Below the pieces are notes generated by a model. That model was not told the DNA's origin, did not search any database, and saw only the letters and a program-made list of their open reading frames with translations. Both the position numbers and the translations under genes were made by a program. This document shows positions 53,701 through 63,799 of a stretch of DNA of 64,000 nucleotides, piece by piece. The DNA comes from Podarcis cretensis (taxonomy: Eukaryota). The stretch lies in NCBI GenBank assembly GCA_951804945.1, contig OX638150.1, positions 60,884,001 to 60,948,000 on the forward strand. The letters run 5' to 3'. How positions within the stretch are numbered: the stretch's first letter is position 1; each line of letters begins with the position of its first letter.

Positions 53701-54444
53701 TGTGCAATTTCATGGTCTTAGGACCTTACATAAAAGACCCAAAACCCTTGTTTAATTTAAAATGCATAAAGATACTCAGAGTTAATGTATTTCCTTAATG
53801 TAAAAAAGGCAGGTTATAGATCTAAAGGCAATGGAAACAAACAAAACAATCTTGCCAAACCAGTTCCCACTCTAAACAAAAAGACAAAACAAAACACATT
53901 CCCTAACAGCACTGCCAATACAGCTGTATGCAAATACCTCCGTAAAGGGCCTGAACCATTTCCTAAAGAGAGAGGCCCAATTTAAACATAAAGCTGGGCA
54001 AGACAGAATTCAGCCATGGGGTGTTCCATACACCAGCTTCACATTTAAACTAGGCCATCAGCCCCTGCACATGCAAGCCACAGACCTCTGGTGTGGTAGC
54101 AGTGTATGCACAAGGAAAGGCAACACAGTTCACAAAAAGTGCTGGTGAACACCCAACATATAGGTTAAATCGAGCTCGAGATTCCTTTGAAAACATTTTG
54201 TAGAATCCTTCCAGATATATTTCTGCACACCTTACTGTAGCTCTGTTTTTATCACCACCAGTATATATTGTTTGGGGGGGGGGGAGGCCCATGAAATACC
54301 AGGAAGGAGGCTGAGGTGAAAGGAATGTTCCAGTATCTTGCCTCATCCCTTTCTAGTACACTCTATCCCTTTCAGCCACCTCTTCATTCTAGCTTTCCTA
54401 TCTTGCTCTTCATTCTCTCTCTCTCTTTCACTCTCTCTCTTTCA

Positions 54445-54477
<33 letters not shown>

Positions 54478-57400
54478 TTTTCCGTGTATAAGACTAGTTT
54501 TTACCAAAAAATTATGTTTAAAATTGGGGCTTGTCTTATACACAGGTAGTGCTGAGGGGTGTTTTCTTAATTTGGAGTCCCCAAAAATAGGGGGTGTCTT
54601 ATACACAGAAAAATACGGTGTGTGTATATACAAACACAGAGAGAGAAATATTCCTGTGGCACTCTCCTCCATCCACCCATCCAAATAAGCCTCTGGTTCT
54701 TTCCCAAAATACAGTACTTTAGTCTTCTGTATAGGAATGAATGACAGTTACCTACTTATGCAGGGGAGGAAGTAGATGTATCGCTGGGCCAGTTATTATA
54801 GCAGAGGCTAAACCCTTTCTTAGCCCCTCATGTTCTGAGGCATTAAGAATCCATATTGCTCCTAACTGCACAGCCTGAGGCCTGTGTCCTTGCTTGGGAT
54901 CTCCAGTATAGCCCATGACAGTTAACAGACTTCACACCATCAGGGCTTCTCCTTAGCTGGGGAAAGAGAGCTTTACCTTCCAGTGACTGCTACCACACAC
55001 CTCAACACCAGTTTCTTCCCCACTTCCATTTAAATTAGCTGCACAGCGGTCAATGAATATGGTACTTGGAATATGCCAGGATAGCATAGGCTACCATGGC
55101 AAAATGGATGTGAATTGCAGAGGCAGCAATTCCCTTTGCTCCTGGGAAAACAAACATGGGTGATGGGAATGTTCAGGATGTCGGATTGAAGAGGCTGTTG
55201 TAGGAAGCAGTGCTGTGCAATAAATCGCCATATCGTTGAATACCGGTATTGAAATAACATCATGATAAGTGACAAGGCAATATACTGGTGAACAAAAGGT
55301 GAAGACTTAACATCTTTGCTCTCTCCCTTCTAACCACAAGAAATGATAAGTGATAAGAAACGATTATAAACCCTCACACCTCTCCATCAGAGCAATTACG
55401 TTACTTGAGGAGGGGAACTAGCAAGGTCAATGGGGGGGGGTGTGGCACAGAGAAAGATCACCGCCTAGAAAGTACCCCAAAGTAAAGACAATAAAGACAA
55501 CACTCAGAGGGCTACATTCAGTCCTAGGCCTGAGGGGTCATATCAAAAAATGTTGTCCTGTGAGCAAAAGGACTTCCACCAGCACAACAGGATTTCCACT
55601 CCTGCACCAAAGGGTTGGGCAAACCCTTGAAACAGATTTGGGGGTGCCGGGGTGGGGGAAGTCCTTGTGCTAATTGGACAACTTTGCTAGACTCAAGTCA
55701 TGGAACCCCAATCCTATTCTACAGAAAGAAAGGCTTCCCACCCCGGTTTATATGGTGGGAACAAGGACTGCAGGTGGCTGCTCAGGTCCTTGGAGAAATG
55801 AGACAAGGAGCATAGTGGCACAAATGTTGGGGTAGCACACTGGAGCTGAATAGCCAGTCGAAACCATGGTGGTCGTAGCAACAATATTATTGAGGTGAAC
55901 CCAATGCATCTGCTCAGAGAAGCGTTGGACCCCCTGAACCCATTTGAGTTTGACAGGCCTAGAGCAAAGCAGGATAGGTTGGGAGATTGTTGGCAACTGG
56001 CTAACAACAGCTTCTTCACCCTGCTCTCTTTCCACAGTCACAATGTTTTGAAAACTTCAGAACTTACGTTCAGTTTCCTGCTCCACATTTCAGCCTCCAC
56101 CAACAACCTGATTATTCCACAGCACTTTCATGGATGCAAGTGTGTCCACTTTGAAATCGCATTAAAGTTCCATTAAAACCAACAAACAAAATGTTTCTCC
56201 ATGACCCAAGCTCCCTAGCAGCACTGCTGGCATATTTAGAATCAGCAATTTGGATATTAACATTCTGTGCTCTGTTTATATGCCTCTGATGTATAATAAG
56301 CCTGCTCGTTTTAAAGCCCTGCTACTTCACAAACAACAAACCCTTCAGCTTTTATCCTTGGACCATGCAGAGATACAACAGAATTAAACCTGATAAGAGT
56401 AACTGGGAAGTAGAAAAATCAGAGAAAGACACAAGAAAGTGGAATGGGCTGCCTCCTTTATAAGCTGGCACTTTCTGCTCACAGGAACATTTAATTAATT
56501 AATTTCTCCTGGCATGCTAGCAGTTCTTCCACAATATACTACTTTTGCACCCTAGCATACTACCTTACTTTCAGCACAAGGCTCTTCCTCCCACGTTGCC
56601 CACCCAAGAGAAAACATTTATACTCACCAAACAGACCCCATGTTCTCTAGTTTTTTTGCCTCCAATCCCTACAAAGCCCACAGATACGTGCAGCTCTTCC
56701 TGCTTAATTTACATGCCAGCCAGCACATTGTGAAAGCTCAGTTCTACTGTTTGCCTGACAATTCACCCTTTCACGCCAGTGTTTGAGGACAGTGATGTAA
56801 AAGCCTTTTAAGACAGAGCAACACTCACTTTGGTGTTAGCAACTTTTTTTCTGCAGGGTTCCCCACCACACATGCAACCTATATGTGCACAGAAAAGTGC
56901 AGACAATGAGTGTACATAGGGCTAAGGAACAGGTCTTGCCACTGCATTGCCACTCCCACCCACACCTTACCTACATGCACGTGCAGGAATATGAACAGTA
57001 TTGTTGATTATGCTATTATAAATAGCAATGAAAATGGTGTTTGTAAGGCCGATCACTTGATATTGATGGTACTGCTAATATAAATGTGGAGGGGCAAAGG
57101 GGGTGTTGAGGAACATAATGAGTCATTAGAAAGTTGAACTGCTTTTACCCACTGAACAGAAACCCTGAAGATGATCTAGTAACCTGTGAATTGACACAGA
57201 AAGTATTGGGTGGTGCATTTACTTCTAGTTCTGCAGACAATAAAAAGCACCCAGGGACCTTGCCCCATTGGAGCACCTGCTGGTAAATGCACCAAAGTCT
57301 CTCCAGGGACTTATTTCTAAAGTTTACAAAATCAGATGTAACCATAATGTCCCTAGAAGAGCTGAGTACAGTGGTACCTCCGTTTGCAGACGGGATCCGT

Positions 57401-60400
57401 TCCGGGGGTCCAGCCGGATCGAGGTTTTCGCAACTGGAGAGACCGCTTCTGCGCATGCGCGCACGGCAAAAACCCAGAGATATACTTCCGGGTTTGCCGC
57501 TTGTAACCAGAGAGATACGTAAGCGGAGGTATGACTGTATTATTTGGGAATATGACACAATGAATTTTGGCTGCATAACCTTTATTAGATGGTTACGAGG
57601 ATTCAAATAACAATTTGCAATAAATATAAAGGTGTCCTGGTGGCAGTGAGGTGCTGGATATTTCTGGGAGGATTGTCATTAGAAACCTAGTATGAATTGG
57701 TTTGGACACTTGCTTTTGCTGAAAAGCCGATGTGTCAACTGAAAGCAGCCAAAAGACTAATGGACTGGGACTCATTCTGTGGTACACAGCACAGCTTTAT
57801 TAAGCATCCTTCAGACGCAAAAAAGGCATTGGAGGGACTTGCTTGAATGATCAAGAAAACATACCACTGTCACTGCCTAACCTTATTACCCAGTCACACG
57901 CAGCTGATTTTTGTGGTGCTAGTTTTGTTAAACATACAAGATACTCATTTTTAAACCTTTTTCTTACAAGGTTTTAAATAAAAATTACAACCACCAAACA
58001 ACTGCTATTGCTGAAATATTTCAGTCATTGATCACATTAGTTTTTCTTGCTCCTATACCCAGACTATCACATATAGTAAGTGATTCAACAATCATATGAA
58101 TTTATGCTCATTTGTCACACACCTGGCAGCACACAGGGAGAGCAAGTCCTTTCCTACACATTTTAACATGAGTTGCATTGCTCCATGCACTATGAAGAAT
58201 TGGTTTTGAACAACATTCCAGAAAGGAGATCACTGCTGCTGTTGACAGCTCAACAATTTTCATCAGGACTGTCAAGTTAATACTATGGTCCTCACCATTT
58301 AATTCTTTCTGCATATTCCCACTGAAGAACTGCAAGTGGACTGTGCTACTGGGAAGACCATTGGGATTTGTCTTTGATCACTAGAATAGGGTTGAAACAG
58401 AAATATAATCACTGAAACAACAGAGAAGGCGGCACTGGGGGAAGAATACTTGCAAATAGCCATGAATATAGGATATGGGGTGTAGAGAGAAAGAACCACT
58501 TCTTTTCAAGCAAAAATTAAATCTAAACAGCTTTTTGTTTAGCACTATTTAGATGCAATACTGCCATAAGATTTGATAAGACTAAGGCAACACTTTTATG
58601 CTTTTTATGCAGCACTTTTTATGCATTCACTAGTTCTGACTGCATATTGGCCAGAAAGGGAATCTCATTGCTTGGGGTACGTGATCAGCTTTCCAAAATT
58701 TCAAAGACACTTTCAGCATCGAAAAGCAGAGACAGCTTGAGCAGCTTTTTGGCAAAGTCAACTGGTACTTTGCAACAATGCACAATCATAACAGTGAACG
58801 CATGTCAGTGAGAAGGGAAAGACATGTAGAGGAACCCAACACTTTCCATGGATAACAGATGCCTTGAGACAGCACACATAGCACACATGCCATCTACCAG
58901 GCTATCCCCATAGGGAGGCAGTCACTAGTGAAGGTACTCCCATCTGTCAACATGGGCCTGGAGTCAAGAGCAACATGGAGTTGTAGAAACCACATGGGAT
59001 TAGTCTTCCACAGTCTTGGAATTGCTTCCATGAATGCATTAACTATGGATGCAAGACAGCCTGTTCTGGTAACTGCGCCCATCAAAAATATGAACTGCAA
59101 TGCACATCTACGTGTTCAGAAATAAATTGTTACATGGCCCAAGTAATGTAAATAGTTCCTTGCAGGGTGTCTATCATTAGTGGTGGTGTTCAGCAAGCAA
59201 TATGAGAGTCCCTACAGCAGCATTTCTGCAGCCTGATGCTATTAAGTTGTTGTGGATGACAACTCCCGCTGTCAGAGATGATGGAAGTTGTAGTCCAAAA
59301 CATCTGGAGAAGCCTTCCCAATAAGGTTTCAGACTGATCTAAAGATAGAAGTTAAAAGTGATTAAGGAGGTTCATCCCTGCTATCCTCACTCCTCCTTCC
59401 TCTAATTATTCCACTGTCAAAATTCAGTTTGCAACCTTCTTAGGACTTGAAATCCTCGCCTTGAGCTCACCAGGTGACCTTAGGGAAGACCCACTCTCTC
59501 TCTTTCTTTTTTTCTTTCTTTCCTTCCTTCCTTCTCTCTCTCTCTCTCTCCCCCCCCCCAACCAACAATTTGGGGATAATACTACTTTCCTACCTTACAG
59601 GGGAATTTAAAGTTTACAAGACAGTGGGTGTGCAACACTCTGATTACTCAAGAGGGATTCAATGTTTTAACAGGATTACACACATTGGTTATAATTAGCA
59701 TTTCTAGTATCATCAGTCATCATCACCACCACTGTCATTCATACATCTAGGCAACTGAACTCAGCTCCAATAATTTCAGCAAAGTAGCAATGCTTGGAGC
59801 TCTGGGCTTTCCAATACTTTTTTGCATCCCGTTTACTACAAGAAAGGAAATGAATGCATCCCTTCCAGTCATCCCACTCCCTTCCCTGGCTCTAATACCA
59901 TTCATTCCTCACAAGTTGAAGCCAGAAAGAAAGTCTGACATGCAGTCCAACCCCCCATACCATGATGTATATTTTTCTTCAAGTCAGTGCCCCTAAGTTA
60001 AGTGGAACTTCATCCCCAATAACTGTTTGTTCAAATGTTTGTTCTCTATGTTCTAAGAACAGGCTGGGGGTTTTGTTAGTGCTGCCCAACCATCACCTGA
60101 GCTGTCCAAGGTTGCACAGAACTTGATGCTCAGGATCGTATTTTTATATGCATAGCTGTATTCTATTATAACTTCTTATGCGAACCAAGTGGATACATAT
60201 TTCTATGAAGACTGCCGAACAACTACCTTTAATAATATATCCACAGCTACCCCAGCTATGGCCCCATGAAACAGCTCCTGGTTCTACTGTGACAGCTGCC
60301 TGCAACTTAGTCTATTAAATGTAGTCGTCTCTCATTCTGAAACAAAGCTGCTTCCTTCTCACAAATTTCTCTCATCATGAACAAATGGGCAAAGTCCTCA

Positions 60401-63400
60401 GATTCCAAACTCATAGCAACTCCAGTGGGAGGTCAAAGCTCTCAAAGAATCTAGGAGCAAGTGTGTACATCAAGATAACCAGTGGACAGGGAATGAGGCT
60501 GAGCTACTGATAGTGTACAGTAAGTCCACAGTCGAAAGCCCCCTTCTCTCCCTCTCTCTGCAATTATTGGAGAGATGTACAGATATACCACAAATGTGTG
60601 TTGACACCAAGGATAAGAGACCAGTAGACTGTGGGTAGAATAAACCGTTTTGCTGATACGGTTTTGCAATAGGCCCTGGATGGATCTCACCACAATCTTT
60701 AGCACATGCCAGGAAAATGAGTTCTGAAGGAAAGAGAGAGAGACCAACTTGCAAGCCTGACAACGTTCACTTATTCCTCCCCAAACACTGGGTATCAAAC
60801 AGAGCAAAGTGCTTCCTCATGATACATTCCCACACTGACATGGGATTTATTTAGAATATTTAGATACCACTCAGTAACAAAACATTATACTTTGGGGGGG
60901 GGGCAGGTTACAGTAAAGAAATATAGGTGAATACAGTCGTACCTTGTATCCTGAATGCCTTGGTACTCGGACATTTTGGCTCCCGAACGCCACAAACCCA
61001 GAAGAAACTTTTCTGGTTTGCAAACATTCTTTGGAACCCGAACGTCTGACGGGGCTTCCGATTGGCTGCAGGAGTTTCCTGCAGCCAATCAGAAGCTGTG
61101 CTTGGGTTTCCCAACATTTTGGAAATCAAACGAACTTACAGAAAAAATTCCGTTTGACTTCCAAGGTATGACTGTACTGAAACCACATGACTGAACTTAT
61201 TCACACAGGTCTTCCAAATAACGCACACAGACACTCCATGAGGCTGAAGGACAACAGTGAATGGAAAATGTCTACATGACCATAGTAACACATGTGGGTG
61301 CAGTTATTTGGACATATAGTGCAGCTCAGTGAAAATACACCATAAGGAACAAGCTCTGACACAGCTCTGGGCATATGAAAGTGGGATGTTCCACTGATTT
61401 CAAGAAGGCATTGGATCTCAACCTTTAGAAAGAAGTATCTGAAGCAGCATTCCATCACAAACCGATAGCAGCAAAAAGTTAAATCATACTATACTATGGG
61501 AAGGAACTGCATCTCATGTTTCTACTGCTTCCATATGCAGCAGAGCCTCAACTTTTTTCCCTTTTCTGAAGGCATCCAGTTCACAATGTGGAGAGGAAGT
61601 GCTCTGCACATCCTGTTTTTCCAAGAAAGCAAAACTAAGTATTCTTTCCATAATTGTTTTACGCAGTTCAAATCCCGTCACAATGCAGGAAAAACACATT
61701 TCTATTTTGTAAAATGGAAAACACTGCTACACCCTCTCACCGTGTTCCAAGTATTATGTTTTATAATCTTCGTTAAGCATCACGGATATTGTAAATGAAC
61801 AATACAAGACAAGGCCCTTCTATTATGTGTACTGTACCTATTACTGTTTGCCTTTTCGTGTGCTATGTTACAGGTCACTGGTGGTTCTGGTTTTGTCTCT
61901 GCTTTAGAAGGAGACATAGGCATTATCTCCACAATGGATCTGTAAATGTTCTACACTCATGTTGGTTTAAGTGTCTAAAATACTGCCAGACTGGTTAAGA
62001 TTTAAAAGATCTGAAATAAGCAACCAAAAGCGAGGAAAGCGTGCTCAGTATCGTTTTGGCAGTTACTACCAAACTGTAAACGCTCACTTTGCATGTTTTT
62101 CCTTATATAATTGTGATTTACATTTCTTTATGGAGAGGAAGTCTATCATGTGACCAGAATCACATCACAAGATCAATCACTGTGTTGATCAACCACAGTG
62201 ATGATCCGATCACATGATGTCCTCCATATCAGGGAGCCACAGGTGGATCACACAAAGCCATTATCTGTCTGCACATGCCAAAAGCCCCCCCCCCCACAAC
62301 CTCATACCCCAAAATAAGTCAAATCAGCAACTGTGACAAAAAAAACAACTGCAGCAAGCAATAGTTACTAACATGCCACAACAGGAGACCAGATTGTGTG
62401 AATCAACCCTGTGTTACTTTACTAAAAATTCTAATGTTTCCATAGCAACTGTTTGGGCTCCCACAAGCACACTTCCTGTACTTTTTTTTTTTTAGTTTTA
62501 TTAAATCCAAACAAGTTAGCCTTTCACCTATGTAATTGCTGTGCCAAGGAACGAAGCCGGCATGTATCTGCGGATTAGAAAGTGAATTCCAGAACAGCTG
62601 AAAAAAAAGGGGGGGGGATAAATTAAAAGGGAAAGCGGAGTTCAAGCTGGAGCCAGCAGACCTGAATTTAATCACTGCTCCTGCATTCTTAACGTGTGGC
62701 CGGGCTACTGCCTGCTGTTCACAAGGCAGACTTCTCACTTAATCACATAGTTGTATTCTATTGTGCAAACGAAGCAGATATATAGTTCTATCAAGCAGAT
62801 ATGTATTTCTATGAGGATGCCACCTTTTTTATTTGGTTATTAAACTCAAAACAATTAAGTTAAAAGCCTGGCCCGATCGAGGAGGAATGGTTGCTCTCAA
62901 AACGACGATTGCCTCTTTCAAGTAGCAAAGACTCTTAAAACTGCACAACCACAGGGCGCCCCAGGTCAGCTGCTTGCAAAGCGATTTCCAAGTCTGAAAA
63001 ACACGCCGAAAAGAAGCGGAAGGAGGGAGGCAGGGACGGAGGGAGGAAGAGAGAGAGAATTTCGAACCAGGGCCATCGAAGGCAGGAAGTAGGGAAGGGA
63101 GAGAGAATCTGGAAAAGTGATGAAGGATTCGGCGCTGAATGAGTCCGAGGTGGGGAGGGGAGGGGAGGGGAGAGAGCTCGCACTGTGCAAACATCACACA
63201 TCTCCAAAATACAAATAACAAGACAGCCTGCCAGCGAGGAGGACTGGCAATCCTTTGGGCCACGACAAACAAACGCACGCAAATGAACCGCGCCACGCGG
63301 AAGGTTATTGCAGCAGCTAACTTTGGGAGTGATGCTAAATGGATCCGGCAGAGCTGTCCTCCCATGGGGATCGATCGGCCCACCGGAAAGCTCGGCCTAA

Positions 63401-63511
63401 CCTGCCACCCCTTCCCTACGCAAACACAAAGGCGCCTGCACTCTTCCAGTCGCGGACAGACACACACTTAATTCCCTCCCCTCCGACCCGAACAAACCTC
63501 TCGTCGTCCAT
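26721..63511 (-). CDS. KLHL3: Kelch-like protein 3 (BTB-BACK-6xKelch), 15 coding exons, 585 aa
   Basis: Joined exons (14,114,107,122,163,110,117,150,118,198,102,129,141,144,29 nt = 1758) give an uninterrupted frame MDDESIKRSPQ...GVAVIHKPL*. All introns are GT-AG with compatible phases. Segments [36 protein letters not shown] and [20 protein letters not shown] match KLHL3 as I recall it rather than KLHL2. Confidence 0.97.
26777..27447 (-). mobile_element. L2 LINE 3' fragment filling most of KLHL3 intron 14
   Basis: [29 protein letters not shown] and [11 protein letters not shown] peptides typical of L2 ORF2 C-terminus; tail GGGCGGTATATAAAT. Confidence 0.88.
27805..27948 (-). CDS. KLHL3: KLHL3 exon 14 ([48 protein letters not shown])
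   Basis: ccatag|GT acceptor, G|gtaagc donor, 144 nt; overlaps ORF 27713..27946. Confidence 0.97.
29283..29423 (-). CDS. KLHL3: KLHL3 exon 13 ([47 protein letters not shown])
   Basis: ttgcag|GT acceptor, G|gtattt donor, 141 nt; within ORF 29134..29445. Confidence 0.97.
29962..30090 (-). CDS. KLHL3: KLHL3 exon 12 ([43 protein letters not shown])
   Basis: ttctag|GT acceptor, G|gtatct donor, 129 nt. Confidence 0.96.
30831..30888 (-). mobile_element. Short L2-type 3' tail
   Basis: Minus strand CCAGAGTGGCTGTGGAAACCCAGGTGGGTGGGGTATAAATAATAAAATT(ATT)n. Confidence 0.55.
31650..31751 (-). CDS. KLHL3: KLHL3 exon 11 ([34 protein letters not shown])
   Basis: aatag|GT acceptor, G|gtaaag donor, 102 nt. 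Confidence 0.96.
32270..32467 (-). CDS. KLHL3: KLHL3 exon 10 ([66 protein letters not shown])
   Basis: taacag|GG acceptor, G|gtaggt donor, 198 nt; within ORF 32244..32525. Confidence 0.97.
33022..33196 (-). mobile_element. L2 reverse-transcriptase fragment
   Basis: [12 protein letters not shown]...[17 protein letters not shown] resembles the RT motif LDPFQSGFRPG...LLDLSAAFD. Confidence 0.85.
33326..33443 (-). CDS. KLHL3: KLHL3 exon 9 ([39 protein letters not shown]), kelch 1
   Basis: ctaccaag|GTA acceptor, G|gtaaat donor, 118 nt. Confidence 0.96.
33959..34106. mobile_element. hAT-type MITE, same family as 14875-15010, opposite orientation
   Basis: CAGTGCTTTTTT...AAAAAAGCACTG; shares GGGGTACTCTCATTTTCCTACTC; degenerate TSD TACATACA/TATACACA. 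Confidence 0.85.
34890..35039 (-). CDS. KLHL3: KLHL3 exon 8 ([50 protein letters not shown])
   Basis: cttcag|ACA acceptor, AAG|gtaagc donor, 150 nt. Confidence 0.96.
36181..36297 (-). CDS. KLHL3: KLHL3 exon 7 ([39 protein letters not shown])
   Basis: gccag|GTG acceptor, CAG|gttagt donor, 117 nt. Confidence 0.96.
37851..38081 (-). mobile_element. Tc1/mariner (Tigger-like) MITE, same family as 12601-12848
   Basis: TA|CAGTGGTACCTC...GAGGTACCACTG|TA perfect 12-bp TIR. Confidence 0.9.
38503..38612 (-). CDS. KLHL3: KLHL3 exon 6 ([37 protein letters not shown]), BACK domain
   Basis: aacag|AG acceptor, AAG|gtttgg donor, 110 nt. Confidence 0.96.
39085..39098 (+). promoter_or_regulatory. Candidate CTCF site in KLHL3 intron 5
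   Basis: CCAGCAGGTGGCCC near-consensus core. Confidence 0.45.
40602..40764 (-). CDS. KLHL3: KLHL3 exon 5 ([54 protein letters not shown])
   Basis: tttcag|GTT acceptor, G|gtgatc donor, 163 nt; within ORF 40522..40761. Confidence 0.96.
43545..43735 (-). mobile_element. tRNA-head / CR1-tail squamate SINE (decayed)
   Basis: Minus strand AGCTTAGTAAGAGAGCATGTGCTTTGCATGCAGAAG head; GGACCAATGGTCTGACT tail; weaker copy ~47190-47365. Confidence 0.65.
43926..44274 (-). mobile_element. Sauria SINE, full length
   Basis: Reverse complement of the 16731 element; intact B-box GGTTCGAATCCC; ACCTTT tail. Confidence 0.92.
44944..45065 (-). CDS. KLHL3: KLHL3 exon 4 ([40 protein letters not shown])
   Basis: tttcag|GA acceptor, CAG|gtgagg donor, 122 nt. 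Confidence 0.96.
46300..46435 (-). mobile_element. L2 fragment
   Basis: Homologous to 27150-27270 (GGCTTTATAGGTCAAA...GCAGCCAGTG...GGTGTAATATGC). Confidence 0.7.
48768..48874 (-). CDS. KLHL3: KLHL3 exon 3 ([35 protein letters not shown]), BTB domain
   Basis: ttcacag|C acceptor, G|gtatct donor, 107 nt; [14 protein letters not shown] motif. Confidence 0.96.
50860..50875 (+). repeat. G16 homopolymer
   Basis: 16 consecutive G. Confidence 0.9.
52230..52412 (+). mobile_element. CR1 3' UTR fragment
   Basis: CTTCTGAATACCAGTTGCT...GAGAACAGGATGCTG...GGCCTGATCCAGCAGGCTCTTCATGTTCCTATG. Confidence 0.8.
52674..52787 (-). CDS. KLHL3: KLHL3 exon 2 ([37 protein letters not shown])
   Basis: tctttag|C acceptor, AG|gtactt donor, 114 nt. 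Confidence 0.95.
54413..54476 (+). repeat. Compound (CT)n(CA)n microsatellite
   Basis: Directly visible. Confidence 0.9.
54475..54618. mobile_element. Tc2/pogo-like MITE
   Basis: ATTTTTCCGTGTATAAGAC ... GTCTTATACACAGAAAAATACGG inverted termini; left end overrun by the CA repeat. Confidence 0.75.
57369..57537. mobile_element. Tigger-like MITE, CpG-rich
   Basis: TA|CAGTGGTACCTCCG...CGGAGGTATGACTG|TA. Confidence 0.85.
60934..61174. mobile_element. Tigger-like MITE with internal hairpin
   Basis: TA|CAGTCGTACCTTG...CAAGGTATGACTG|TA; internal GATTGGCTGCAGGA/TCCTGCAGCCAATC; truncated relative at 51131-51237. Confidence 0.85.
63498..63511 (-). CDS. KLHL3: KLHL3 coding exon 1 (MDDE+AG)
   Basis: CGCACG-ATG-G strong Kozak; ATGGACGACGAGAG|gtttgt donor; phase 2 joins exon 2 to give MDDES (cf. 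human MEGES); lies in CpG-rich region. Confidence 0.85.
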
Positions 63512-63778
63512 CGTGCGCAGCCGGAGTGGAGCTTGAACTCTGCATGCACCCTCGTCTCCTGGCCTCGGGCAACGCCGCCGCCGCGTCTCCCACCGTTGTC
63601 CTCCTTGATCGGGGCGCAGCGAGCCGGCCGAATCAGTCAGCGCCTGTGATTCAGCATGGCTGCAGTCGGCTCCCCTCCTTCCCTCCGCGGAGCTGCTTCC
63701 TCCTGCTCCTAAAGCAACAGCAGCAGCAGAGCTTAGTGTTGCAGCAGCAAACAGAACACTCCCTACCCAGAGCTCCCC

Positions 63779-63799
63779 GCTGCTGCTGCTGCTGCTGCT
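63779..63799 (+). repeat. (GCT)7 trinucleotide repeat in KLHL3 5' region
   Basis: gctgctgctgctgctgctgct. Confidence 0.9.

Noticed and set aside
57145-57610. Overlapping 107-153 aa ORFs
   Set aside because: Created by the GC-rich MITE at 57369-57537; no protein motif
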